64,000 bases of DNA, taken from assembly GCA_030141605.1 (NCBI GenBank), contig JAQGDQ010001065.1:1901-65900 (forward strand). The letters run 5' to 3'. Of this stretch, positions 1 through 13,054 are shown one piece after another. The DNA comes from Tubiluchus corallicola (lineage: Eukaryota > Animalia > Priapulida). A model generated the notes under the pieces. That model was not told where the DNA came from. It did not search any database and saw nothing but the letters and a program-made list of their open reading frames with translations. The translations under genes and the position numbers were made by a program. How positions within the stretch are numbered: the first letter of the stretch is position 1; each line of letters starts with the position of its first letter.

Positions 1-150
1 GCTCCTTCCTCCTCCTCACAGTAACTCGTTTAGATAACTGATGAAAATGTAATGTTAATTGTCAATTGTTCCACTTATCTGGAGGAGGACTCGAAAGCTC
101 AATGCTCCTTCCTCCTCCTCACAGTAACTCGTTTAGATAACTGATGAAAA
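1..150 (+). repeat. Tandem copies of a ~105-bp LINE-tail-like unit with a GGAGGAGGA/TCCTCCTCC hairpin
   Basis: Same unit occurs inverted at 1700-2120 and directly after the LINE ORF2 fragment at 40448-40570. Confidence 0.75.
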
Positions 151-827
151 TACCATGTAATATTGGTAGTCGAATTGAAACCAAGCTATGATTTGTCATC
201 AAAGAGTTAACGTGTTTTTGTAAAACCCGCTGTAAGGGAAGGTTAGATGAATCGGTATTCTATCATTGCTATAATTCAACTTCACACCACGAACGTCCTA
301 TCCACACACTAGATATTCCCCGCAGGCCCTTTCCGTTTCATGTTTTCCATGTAGCCGTCTAAACGCTGGTTAAACTGTGGATAATTTTCTCCCACGTTTG
401 CCCTACGTGCCCAAGCGATTTCTTCCAGGAATTTTCCCAATTTTCCTTGATTGTTTGAACGATTATAATCAAATAGTTGACTCGGCCGGGCGAGGGGGAA
501 TACTCGACCACGAATCAATTACCGATTTCGTGTGATACGGACGCTGAGAGCAAATTGATATCGCTTCTGAGTAAATATACACAACCCTATATACCAGTCC
601 ACCTCAAACAATCTCCCCTCTCAAGTTAGTCCCTCCGAGAGGAGGTTTAATTGGGAAAGGAACACGGCCCGAGAACGATTAAAGATAATTTTGATAACCG
701 GCGCGGTTAATCGCATATGCGGTCACGTGACCAGTGAGCCCTCTGGCGGTGTAATTTGTCATTCGTGGTTTTATTACACGTTAGGGAAATCCGTGCCGTA
801 ACATGCACAAAGTTTGTAATCGTTTTC

Positions 828-1361
828 GTTACGATTTAAAGCAAAGATAAATTGATTATCCCATGCTGAAAAAGCGTAATACAATATTCAGAATGTGAAC
901 GAGGCTTAATAATTATTTATTATTCTGTTTAATATTATAAATATAGACCACTTCGTTAATGTTACGATTTAAAGCAAAGATAAATTGATTATCCCATGTC
1001 TGAAAAAGCGTAATACAATATTCAGAATGTGAACGAGGCTTAATAATTATTTATTGTTCTGTTTAATATTATAAATATAGACCACTTCGTTAATGTTACG
1101 ATTTAAAGCAAAGATAAATTGATTATCCCATGTCTGAAAAAGCGTAATACAATATTCAGAATGTGAACGAGGCTTAACAATTATTTATTATTCTGTTTAA
1201 TTTTATAAATATTGACCACTTCGTTAATGTTACGATTTAAAGCAAAGATAAATTGATTATCCCATGTCTGAAAAAGCGTAATACAATATTCAGAATGTGA
1301 ACGAGGCTTAATAATTTTTTATTATTCTGTTTGATATTATAAATATTGACCATTTCGTTAA
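828..1361. repeat. 134-bp minisatellite, 4 copies
   Basis: GTTACGATTTAAAGCAAAG recurs at 828, 961, 1095 and 1229. Confidence 0.95.
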
Positions 1362-1529
1362 TAATAATTAACTAACTAGTCATTTTCAAGATTTTTGAAG
1401 TATATTTGGTATGTTTTGGTATTAACATAATATACATGTAACAATAATAATTTCAATGTTAATGTACAAATGAATAGAATAATACATTTCAATTTCGGTG
1501 TATTAAATAAATAAATAAAAACAAACAAA

Positions 1530-1625
1530 AACACCACAACTTTGTTACAACTTTAATTTACGTAGTTAAAGATCATGCATGTCAAGCGTTTCGACAGACC
1601 TACTGCTGTCATCATCAGTGAATTA
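1530..1625 (-). mobile_element. Penelope-like element terminal fragment with a minimal hammerhead-ribozyme-like motif
   Basis: Minus strand reads CTGATGA-T-GACAG-cagtaggt-CTGTC-GAAA-CGCTTGA; related degenerate copies at ~2970-3065 (+) and ~60810-60878 (-). Confidence 0.6.
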
Positions 1626-1699
1626 TGAATAATGAATTTATTGCACAGCAACTCAAACATAGATACAAATTGATATAACATTGAAAAAAATAAACTATG

Positions 1700-2121
1700 C
1701 GAGTTACTGTGAGGAGGAGGAAGGAGCATTGAGCTTTCGAGTCCTCCTCTAGATAAGTGGAACAATTGACAATTAATATTACATAGTATTTTCATCAGTT
1801 ATCTAAACGAGTTACTGTGAGGAGGAGGAAGGAGCATTGAGCTTTCGAGTCCTCCTCCAGATAAGTGGAACAATTGACAATTAATATTACATAGTATTTT
1901 CATCAGTTATCTAAACGAGTTACTGTGAGGAGGAGGAAGGAGCATTGAGCTTTCGAGTCCTCCTCCAGATAAGTGGAACAATTGACAATTAATATTACAT
2001 AGTATTTTCATCAGTTATCTAAACGAGTTACTGTGAGGAGGGGGAAGGAGCATTGAGCTTTCGAGTCCTCCTCCAGATAAGTGAAACAATTGACAATTAA
2101 CATTACATTTTCATCAGTTAT
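1700..2121 (-). repeat. 108-bp tandem repeat (LINE 3' tail unit), 4 copies
   Basis: GAGTTACTGTGAGGAG recurs at 1701, 1809, 1917 and 2025. Confidence 0.9.
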
Positions 2122-2145
2122 AACGTCCATACGTACATATACGTA

Positions 2146-2858
2146 CATTAGAACAAAATAAGTTTTGTTAGTAACTTAAGATCAGGATGAGTAAAATTGT
2201 GAGTTAATTATACCGTTGTAGTAGGTAATTCTTTGATGCTTTTTTAAATTGATAAAGATTAAGAGTTTTCATTTCACGCGGAATTGATGACCATATTTTA
2301 ATAGCATTATATTTTGATGACTGTTTCATTATATTTGTTTTTGGAAGAGGGAGTACATAGTTTCCGACTGAATATCATGTGTAATGATCATGTTGATTTG
2401 AAACTGGAGTAAAGTATGACTGAAAAGCTGGTGGAAGACCTAATTCACTCTTGATAAGAAAAACTACGTATTGTTACTCAATTGGTTACTCAATGTACAA
2501 GTTGCGTGGACGATTTAAACATTTTGACACGCTGCTAGTTTTTGTCTTTCAACTCTTGTCAGACGACAAAAATCGCAGGTGTACCAGTCAAGATTTGTCA
2601 TCGATTTCTTTAGAAACGTGAATATGTAACTAAAATGCGCCGTAGAGAAATAGATATGCATAAAATGGCTTAGAAAACGAATTTTTCGGGATTTTTCCCT
2701 ATTTTAGTCAAAAATATATTAAAAATATATTGATCAAAAATAAAAATATATGTGAAAAATGCACGCACACGCTCGGACACTTATGGACTTCATATAATGA
2801 AAAGTGAGCAAAAACTTTACAAATGACGATTCATATAAAAACTGACTTGACTTGAAAA
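2146..2858 (-). mobile_element. Dispersed repeat containing the 3' end of a CR1/L2-group-like non-LTR retrotransposon
   Basis: Near-identical inverted copy at ~39680-40393, where it translates to an ORF2 C-terminal tail. Confidence 0.75.
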
Positions 2859-4670
2859 GTTTTCATTTCAAAAGCATCAAACAATTACCTACTACAACGG
2901 TATAATTAACTCACAATTTTGCTCATCCTGATCTTAACTTACTAACAAAACTTATTTTCTTCTAATGTAACAGTGGCAGCTGTGTCGAAACGTTTGACAC
3001 GATTTTTTAATTAAATTAAATTAATTAAATTCAAATTAAAAGTTTTAATAAACTTGTGGTGTTTTGACTATAAATATTTTTAAGTACCTGTTACAAAAAC
3101 AATATTAATTATCGTGTAAGTAATGAGATATAGTTAACAAAACAGTGGCCAAAATTTTAAAACATTCAAATTTTTATGTACAAAATAGTAATACAAGATG
3201 GCGCTGATTATGTAAAATTTTTTCCTGTTTTTGAATATTTTTATTCTTACAGTCGTTTCATTAAGATATTAAAATCATTAATAGAAAGAAAAGACGGTCT
3301 ATAATTAGGTCTATAATAATGAGGTGTATTTTTTTGGTTTCTCATGGCTCCATTTGTGTCTCCACACAAGTAGCTGAGTAGCTTAAATTACTGCTGTGCG
3401 GAACAGCTGATTGACTAGCGTCATAAGTTCGATACCGGGGTTTTTACATACTTTTTTGTAAAGAGCAAAATTTGTACGGCACACTGAAAATGCTGTACCT
3501 AGGGACATTAACTTCGTGAACTGCCGCTAGGAGCGGTATAAAGATTATTATTTTGTGAGTACGAGTGCCATGATTTGCACAATTGATGGCTGGGTGTACA
3601 GAATATTTGTGTATCGAATTTTGTTAAAAGCAATCCTATATTTTAAGCTTATTCTATAGTTTACATGGGTCAAATTCGAATTTCTGAGCACTTACAATAG
3701 CGAATAAGCCTTTTCACAGTTTCAGCCGATTGATGATGATCGTTGAAAAGGTCAAAGGTTAAGTGTACCAGACAACGCATTTGTGTACACTTGAGAATAC
3801 CTCGCAGCCAATGCTATTGTAATAGAAACAGTTTTAGCAGTTAAGTGGAAGCTTATCTACTTCATTTTTTCGTGTTTCCAACCAAGATCCTGCTAGTAAA
3901 TCATTCTACGCTCAGACTAATGCATAAATAAGTAAAGTCCAGGTAAAACAACTGAACTGAACTGATGCGGCAGCGGAGTTTGCTTTACCTGCATAACACG
4001 TGGCGTTTGTAATTAAGACGCGTTGCTGTGGCACACTTAAACGTTGACCTCTAGCAACTGTGCAAATGCTTATTGGTGGTGTAACGTTATAGCATATATA
4101 GTATATACTGTGGACATGTATAAATAGCATAGTATAGCTAGTTATCGATATAGTGTCATCTTCGTTTTGTAACAATTTAAATAACTAAAGATACACATAG
4201 GGGTAAAAGTAAAACAAATGTTCCTCTATCGAAAAATTTACGAGACGTAAAACAACTGAAGTTATTGAACTGATGATTTGCGTTACCCACATGTCACGTG
4301 ACGATTGTAGTTAAGACGCATTGCTGTGATACACTTAACCTTTGACCTACAGCAACTGCGCGTGCGCACAACGAAACTGTGCAAAGGCTTATTGGTGGTG
4401 TAACGTTACAGCATATAAGTTCATGCAAAACAAATAAAGTTACTCAACAGACGCTGCAGACGGCTTTGCTTTACATACCAGTCACGTGACGGTTGTACGA
4501 ACAACGCACAGCGAAACTATGAAAAGGCTTATTGTAGTAATCAAATAATTAGTAATCATTATTTAGTATTTCTTACTTTATAGCACACAACATATAAATA
4601 AACAAATATAGCAGTATTTACATACAAAATAAAGAAGCCAAATTATTTACTCGAATTGTTAGTTTTTCTC

Positions 4671-5240
<570 letters not shown>

Positions 5241-5264
5241 TTATTTAGATAAATAAGATAATAA

Positions 5265-5352
5265 TTATAATAATAATAGTAATAATAATAACAACAACAA
5301 CAACAACAACAACAACTATAACAATAACAACAACAACAACAACAACAACAAC

Positions 5353-5439
<87 letters not shown>

Positions 5440-5503
5440 TATAATAACAACAGCAACAACAAAAACAACAACAACAATAATAATAATAATAATAATAATA
5501 ATA
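5265..5503. repeat. (AAT)n/(AAC)n compound microsatellite, probably an expanded SINE tail
   Basis: Direct inspection; abuts the 3' end of the minus-strand SINE. Confidence 0.95.
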
Positions 5504-5754
5504 ATTTAAAGTCGGCTTTTGGGTCAACAATTAACATTAGCTCAAAGAGCTATTATCACCAACTGTAAATAACAACCTACAACTACATAACAGAGACTAT
5601 TATTACCCCACTTTTACCCTAAATATCACGCGTCAGGCAGGGCAACAGCAGGTACCATTTTTAAAGTCTTTGGTATGACCCGGCCGCTGGTTCGAACTCA
5701 CGACCTCCCAGACGGAAAGCAGACGCATTACCACTAGACTAAACCGTCTGGTCT
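5504..5754 (-). mobile_element. tRNA-derived SINE with a MetaSINE-like central domain, in the NK1 intron
   Basis: Minus strand has A-box TAGTCTAGTGG, B-box GAGTTCGAACC, then GTCATACCAAAGACTTTAAAAATGGTACC, ending in a (TTA)n tail; Meta-domain match is from memory. Confidence 0.8.
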
Positions 5755-6605
5755 CATTCGTGTAATTCTGATTGAAAATTCTAGTAATACCGAATTCGAT
5801 AAATAAGTTTATTTATGAACATGAATGCTAGCTCTCCTCTTCACACACTGAAGCGGTTCATGCTTAATTTACCACTGTGTAATCATCCAAACTGTGTCTA
5901 ATTTGTAATCATGTTAAATAGAATGCTATGCAAATCAACCAACCACATTTAAAAGTGCCGTTTATTGTAAAAATTGCTCTTGAAAGACAGCAGGTTAACA
6001 AACACACGTTTTCATTGTTTATTCAAAGATAACCTTATAAGGTAATCACCAATAAAGCAAAGAAGCCCAGGCAACCGATATTATTGTTCTGTACATTTAT
6101 TCAAGTCGATTTTGGAAGCCATTTATTTATTTCGTTTCACAATATTAACTCGTTTAGTCTCGCTATGTCATGTATACAGCATACATAGTAAATATTTTTT
6201 TTTAAATTACACTGTACGCCAATTCACAAAGTAATTTTGCATTAATTTTCTTGCTGTTTTGGGAAGATATATCTCACTGCACAATTTTTAGTGCTGTTTT
6301 TTTTGCACATAAAGGCTCGTTCTATTGAAAAATAGCCAATTTTTGCGCATTTTGAACCTTTGGACACACCTTTGGCCAAAGAACAGTAACTTTACAAATG
6401 ATTTCGAAACTAAAACAACAGCACATATACGCGACTCGAATGTAACAAATTTGTACAAAAGTCCCCCGTTTTCCCTGCTCTGATTCTTTAAAATTAAACC
6501 CTTTTTACTTGACCTAATAATTTTTATGCAATAAACACGAATTGAAACAATTATAAAAAATGTTTTAGTATAATGTGCTTTGACACTACATCAAAAGTTG
6601 ATTAA

Positions 6606-8622
6606 AGATGACTAAAGATGACTTAGACATGAATAATAATGACTTAAAGATGAGTAACAAATTTTCATTTTTAGTTTTTCTGCATTTGAGTACGTGTAAC
6701 ATAAATTAAAGCAACGTAGATGACTAAAGATGACTAAGAGATGAGTAATAATGACTTAAAGATGCGTAACAAATTTTTATTTTTATTTTTTCTGCATTTG
6801 AATACGTGTAACATAAATTAAAGCAACGTAGATGACTAAAGATGACTAAGAGATGAGTAATAATGACTTAAAGATGAGTAACAAATTTTTATTTTTAGTT
6901 TTTCTGCATTTGAGTACGTGTAACATAAATTAAAGCAACGTAGATGACTAAAGATGACTAAGAGATGAGTAATAATGACTTAAAGATGCGTAACAAATTT
7001 TTAGTTTTATTTTTTCTGCATTTAAATACGTGTAACATAAATTAAAGCAACGTAGATGACTAAAGATGACTAAGAGATGAGTAATAATGACTTAAAGATG
7101 AGTAACAAATTTTTATTTTTAGTTTTTCTGCATTTGAGTACGTGTAACATAAATTAAAGCAACGTAGATGACTAAAGATGACTAAGAGATGAGTAATAAT
7201 GACTTAAAGATGCGTAACAAATTTTTAGTTTTATTTTTTCTGCATTTAAATACGTGTAACATAAATTAAAGCAACGTAGATGACTAAAGATGACTTAGAG
7301 ATGAATAATAATGACTTAAAGATGAGTAACAAATTTTCATTTTTAGTTTTTCTGCATTTGAGTACGTGTAACATAAATTAAATCAACGTAGATGACTAAA
7401 GATGACTAAGAGATGAATAATAATGACTTAAAGATGAGTAACAAATTTTCATTTTTAGTTTTTCTGCATTTAAATACGTGTAACATAAATTAAAGCAACG
7501 TAGATGACTAAAGAGGACTTGGAGATGAATAATAATGACTTAAAGATGAGTAACAAATTTTCATTTTTAGTTTTTCTGCATTTAAATACGTGTAACATAA
7601 ATTAAAGCAACGTAGACGACTAAAGATGTCTTAGAGATGAATAATAATGACTTAAAGATGAGTAACAAATTTTTATTTTTAGTTTTTCTGCATTTCAGTA
7701 CGTGTAATATAAATTAAAGCAACGTAGATGACTAAAGATGACTAAGAGATGAGTAATAATGACTAAAGATGGTAACAAATTTTTATTTTATTTTTCTGCA
7801 TTTAAATACGTGTAACATAAATTAAAGCAACGTAGATGACTAAAGATGACTTAGAGATGAATAATAATGACTTAAAGATGAGTAACAAATTATTATTTTT
7901 AGTTTTTCTGCATTTAAGTACGTGTAACATAAATTAAAGCAACGTAGATGACTAAAGATGACTAAGAGATGAATAATAATGACTTAAAGATGAGTAACAA
8001 ATTTTCATTTTTAGTTTTTCTGCATTTAAATACGTGTAACATAAATTAAAGCAACGTAGATGACTAAAGAGGACTTGGAGATGAATAATAATGACTTAAA
8101 GATGAGTAACAAATTTTCATTTTTAGTTTTTCTGCATTTAAATACGTGTAACATAAATTAAAGCAACGTAGACGACTAAAGATGTCTTAGAGATGAATAA
8201 TAATGACTTAAAGATGAGTAACAAATTTTTATTTTTAGTTTTTCTGCATTTCAGTACGTGTAATATAAATTAAAGCAACGTAGATGACTAAAGATGACTA
8301 AGAGATGAGTAATAATGACTTAAAGATGCGTAACAAATTTTTAGTTTTATTTTTTCTGCATTTGAATACGTGTAACATAAATTAAAGCAACGTAGATGAC
8401 TAAAGATGAATTAGAGATGAATAATAATGACTTAAAGATGCGTAACAAATTTTCATTTTTAGTTTTTCTGCATTTGAATACGTGTAACATAAATTAAATC
8501 AACGTAGATGACTAAAGATGACTAAGAGATGAATAATAATGACTTAAACATGAGTAACAAATGTTTATTTTTATTTTTTCTGCATTTAAATACGTGTAAC
8601 ATAAATTAAAGCAACGTAGATG
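6606..8622. repeat. 111-bp satellite, ~18 copies, in the NK1 intron
   Basis: GTAGATGACTAAAGATGAC recurs every ~111 bp. Confidence 0.97.
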
Positions 8623-9172
8623 TAGTTTTTCGAATTTCTAATAGTGGAATTTTCATTAGAATACTTGAAAAAATTAAGTTTTGCAGCAGCGAAGATTAGG
8701 ATTTTGTTCGGAAATTGAAATCAATCACAATTAAAGCAGCCAGGTTATTGAATAGCAGTAAATACTCAGCCGTAATTAATTAGCAATTAAGTTTCATAAA
8801 TTTAATTTGTCAATAGTATGTTTTAAAGTAATTATACGGACATTTTGAATTTTAAAATTTTTGAATTTTAAGTGAATTTCACTTAAAGTCACGCGGCCGC
8901 ATTATTCAATGCACGAGAAATTTGGTATCTAATGCACTTTGACTGCAGATGTTAAGCATGCTTGTTGTTTAATGCACTATGGAATAGACTAAGCCGCAAT
9001 TCAAAGTGTAGTCACTCCCTTTCAACTTTTAAAAAAACCGTCAGAAAAGAAATATTTCAAAAGTATTGAGAGTAACACAGTTTGATAATGGTAATCACCT
9101 GCATTCTTTTTCCACAGTAATCTTAATAAAACGTGACTATGCTCAACAGGTTACTGAACACTTTATAATCAT

Positions 9173-9348
9173 GATCACAGTTTTTCTTAGTTCTCGCTCC
9201 ATTTCATCTTTCGTTCACTACTCCCCCTACATCACAGTTTTTCTTAGTTCTCGCTCCATTTCATCTTTCATTCACTACTCTCCCCCCACATCACAGTTTT
9301 TCTTAGTTCTCGCTCCATTTCATCTGTCATTCGCTACTCCCCCCACTT
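9173..9348. repeat. ~58-bp tandem repeat, 3 copies
   Basis: ATCACAGTTTTTCTTAGTTCTCGCTCCATTTCATC occurs three times. Confidence 0.9.
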
Positions 9349-9673
9349 TTATGTATATATTATCATTATTTCAATTATTAATCTCTTCTTTAAGATTTCC
9401 ACGTACAGTTTGGTCTGTCAAGCTATGCTTTTAGGCTCAAACTGTACGCATCAAAATTATTCTGTAATATAATTTGCACATGTATACGCTGCATAAGAAT
9501 TTCTTTTGTAATTTCTGGATTATATTGTATTTATATTTATATTTGCTGCAGTGGAAAATTATCTGTAGTTTTATTATATCTGTTGGACGCAGAGTGGAAA
9601 AGAAATAAACTTATAATTTATAACTTAATTATAAAATAATAACTAATTAGTAATAACTAAGAATTTTAATTAC

Positions 9674-10145
9674 CTGATTCGTCATCGACATCAGATGACA
9701 TATCAACATCATTTGAACTTTCCTCTCCGGTCCAGGGATTCCATACATTATTCTTACTGTCCAATCTGGAACCAGTAAATTTTGTTGGATCTAAAATATC
9801 AGCGACAGAAAACGACGTATGCCTCTGTTGCTGAGGCTGCGACTGTTGCTGCTGCTGCTGTTGATGAACAGGTGAGGCCACACCCTTATCACCTGGCTTC
9901 CTGGAGTCACTGGCAGCATCGCCGTCACTGTCATCATGAACATCATAGCCGCCGCCACCGCCGCTGCTAGAATCGTTCGACGTCTCGGCATTGCAATTCA
10001 CTTTCCGCGATGCTTTTAATTGTTGCTCTTTCACCGCATCCATGATGCTGGCTTCTAGTTTTGCTCTGAGGAGAGCGGCGGTCGAGTTTATCTTCTCCAC
10101 GCTGGTCATACGTGATTCCAATGATCTCTCAAGCAATTCACTCAT
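9674..10145 (-). CDS. NK1: NK1 exon 1 with eh1/Groucho-binding motif
   Basis: ORF MSELLERS...HTSFSVADILDPTKFTG...DDESG; FSVADIL is an eh1 motif typical of NK1; donor G|GTAAT at 9674/9673 joins exon 2 in frame (340 aa). Start could instead be the ATG at 10109. Confidence 0.9.
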
Positions 10146-10406
10146 GTAAAACTTTACAGAAACAATGAAATTCACAAAAATTTTAGGGAAATTTTGTAAA
10201 AATCAAGCCGTAGAAAAATTCACAAAAAATTTAGGGAAATTTTGTAAAAACCAAGCCGTAGAAACGAACTTTGTTACAGCAACGATGTCTGGCGTTCACC
10301 AAGGTGCATCTCTGTGCCCCAAACTTTACGAAGCACAAATGTTATACGCATTGTTATACTTGCAGATTTTCCACACTTTAGACGTTCGATAAGATACGTT
10401 TTTAAC

Positions 10407-10695
10407 ACCCAAAACTGTATGAAATACAGAATTTTCACAGTTGCCGGAGGCGTGTGTAGTACTTTCACTAATATGGTGCACGCCAAGGCGAGTTCTGTTA
10501 CCCAAAACTGTATGAAATACAGAATTTTCACAGTTACCGGAGGCGTGCGTAGTACTTTCACTAATATGGTGCACGCTAAGTCGAGTTCTGTTACCCAAAA
10601 CTGTATGAAATACAGAATTTTCACAGTTACCGGAGGCGCGTGTAGTACTTTCACTAATATGCTGTACGCCAAGGCGAGTTCTGTTACCCAAACTG
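10407..10695. repeat. 96-bp tandem repeat, 3 copies, just upstream of the NK1 start
   Basis: CCCAAAACTGTATGAAATACAG recurs at 96-bp intervals. Confidence 0.9.
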
Positions 10696-10899
10696 CAAGA
10701 GATACAAATCTTTCACGACTCCACTTCACGTGAAGACGATTTCGCCGGTTTGGTCTGCGCCAAGGTACGTGTTTAGCACCCAAACTGTTTACAGCATGAC
10801 TCGGGATAGCGCACTGCACGCAGATTTCGCTCACAAACTCGACGCAGGCGTGCCAGAGTGCGAAGAGAACCTCCTGACGTCCTCCACTTCAAAATTGCC

Positions 10900-11350
10900 C
10901 GTATCATATGCACCGATTGGCAAATTTATCCCCGCACAAGGGGAAGTAATGACATAATGACGGCTGTTGACAGAGCGAGTAGACACGACGCGTGCTGCCA
11001 AGTTACTTAACCATTGGGTAAACACGCACTGTCTAATTAGTGTGTATCCCCATTGATCTCCTTCATGCACCGATACACGTCACTAGGGGGCGCTGAGGTG
11101 ACACGTGTGGGGTGGACAGCAGACAGGAGAGAAACTATACCCGCTCACCCCCTCTGAATGAACGCTGCGGAGGTGGTTCGACCGCTTGCAGGTCGTCTAC
11201 GCGAAGGGGAGGCGGCAGCCACGGCTGCTGTCCAATCAGGGAAGGCAGCGGAGATTAGGGAAACACTTAGCCCTGCGCGTGCGGGCAGGAGGCGATGGGG
11301 GAGGACTAATAAATGAGAGAGAGAGAGTCGAGTAAACAAGACGAGAGCGA
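10900..11350 (-). promoter_or_regulatory. Candidate NK1 promoter / 5' regulatory island
   Basis: GC-elevated non-repetitive segment ~1 kb upstream of the ATG, with CCAAT/ATTGG boxes, a GA tract and a CTCF-like TCACTAGGGGGCGCT at ~11080. Confidence 0.45.
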
Positions 11351-11993
11351 TTAAAGAACTACAAAGCTTTTAATGGAACCAAAATCAATTAATACGGCTT
11401 ATATTTTGGTTAATAAAATTTTTGTTATTAAAGGTTACGTAATCTTTGTTTACTGTCGTTCTTTGCCGGCAGGCGGCAGTGCGATAAAGAAATACACACC
11501 CTTGTTTGGTTCCTGCGCAGAGAGTATCGTACAGAGTCAATTAAGGCAAACAGGCGCTGAAATTTCTCATCTTTTGAGTAATCAGAAAATTAACATTTAT
11601 TGCCTAATTAGAGGCTGTGATCAAGAGTGATAATTAGGAGGATAAGATATCAGTAAACTTCGGCATTTGCACTACACGATTCGTTTATTATGACATTTTC
11701 TAAATGAAATTTAAAAAACTAATACAAAAGTTATTGCACCTACGATTATGTCAAGATCGTTACCTTTTAGCAGAAGGCATTAACGATCACATTTGATTCA
11801 AAGTTTTAGCAATACGCAATATCAACACTTTCTATGTATGTTAGGTTATGTATACTGCAGAAAAACTGCAAATATATTAAATATTAAGAACACACATTTA
11901 ATCCAAAGCCAGATTGCGAAAATATTTTTTTGATCAGAGCACTGAGTATATATATATATGTACATATATTTGTATATATGTACATAATATATT

Positions 11994-12232
<239 letters not shown>

Positions 12233-12534
12233 ATACACATACATATATATGCATATATATATATATATTATATTATATTTATTATATATATATGTACATA
12301 TATGACCATTATATATAATATACAAGTATATATAATGTTATAGTATTATAACGTAATATATATTTATATATATATATGGTATAACATGTATGCAAAAATA
12401 AATTATTTATTGTTATTTCGATGTGGAAAATAATGTACATACAATGTAAACGTTGTAAACAAGTGTATTTAATTAGAGTGTAGCAAATAGTAAAAGAATT
12501 AAAACAAAATTGTAAGCAAGTTAATTAATAAAAA

Positions 12535-12740
12535 GTGAATAAATAAATAAATGAGTAAATGAATAAATAAATAAATAAATGAACAAATAAATCAATAAAT
12601 AAATGAATAAATAAATAAATAAACAAACAAACAAACAAACAAACAAACAAACAAACAAACATACAAACAAACAAACAAACAAACAAACAAACAAACAAAC
12701 AAACAAACAAACAAACAAATAAACAAATAAATAAATAAAT
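12535..12740. repeat. (AAAT)n/(AAAC)n microsatellite
   Basis: Direct inspection. Confidence 0.95.
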
Positions 12741-13054
12741 ACAGTGAAAAAAAGCTGTGATTTTTACCATAAAACACAACAAAGGTAAACCTAATAATAC
12801 AAAGGTAATAATTATCATAACACAAAGTATGAACTGCTTTAGTATGGCATGGCTTTAGTATAAAATGTGTGTTTTCTTGTGTAACATGAATGAAGTGTAT
12901 GTGCACATATATGCATTTCAAGCATGGAAAAACATACACTCTTTTAAAAAGGCTGCTTAACAGAAAAATTTGTTTGTTGTTATGCATTAATAAATGAATT
13001 TGTTTAAACTGTGCAGAATGATGATTTAATTTCGCAAAATAAAATTTATATTAG

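Noticed and set aside
25-125. Hammerhead in the 108-bp unit (CTGATGA ... GAAA)
   Set aside because: No stem II pairing between the two boxes; the hairpin fits a LINE 3' UTR better
3368-3440. tRNA gene candidates (also B-box-like motifs at ~38985, ~58000 and ~58710)
   Set aside because: Only A/B-box-like motifs with no cloverleaf; probably SINE relics
10274-10834. ORFs upstream of NK1 as an extra coding exon
   Set aside because: Generated by a 96-bp tandem repeat open on both strands
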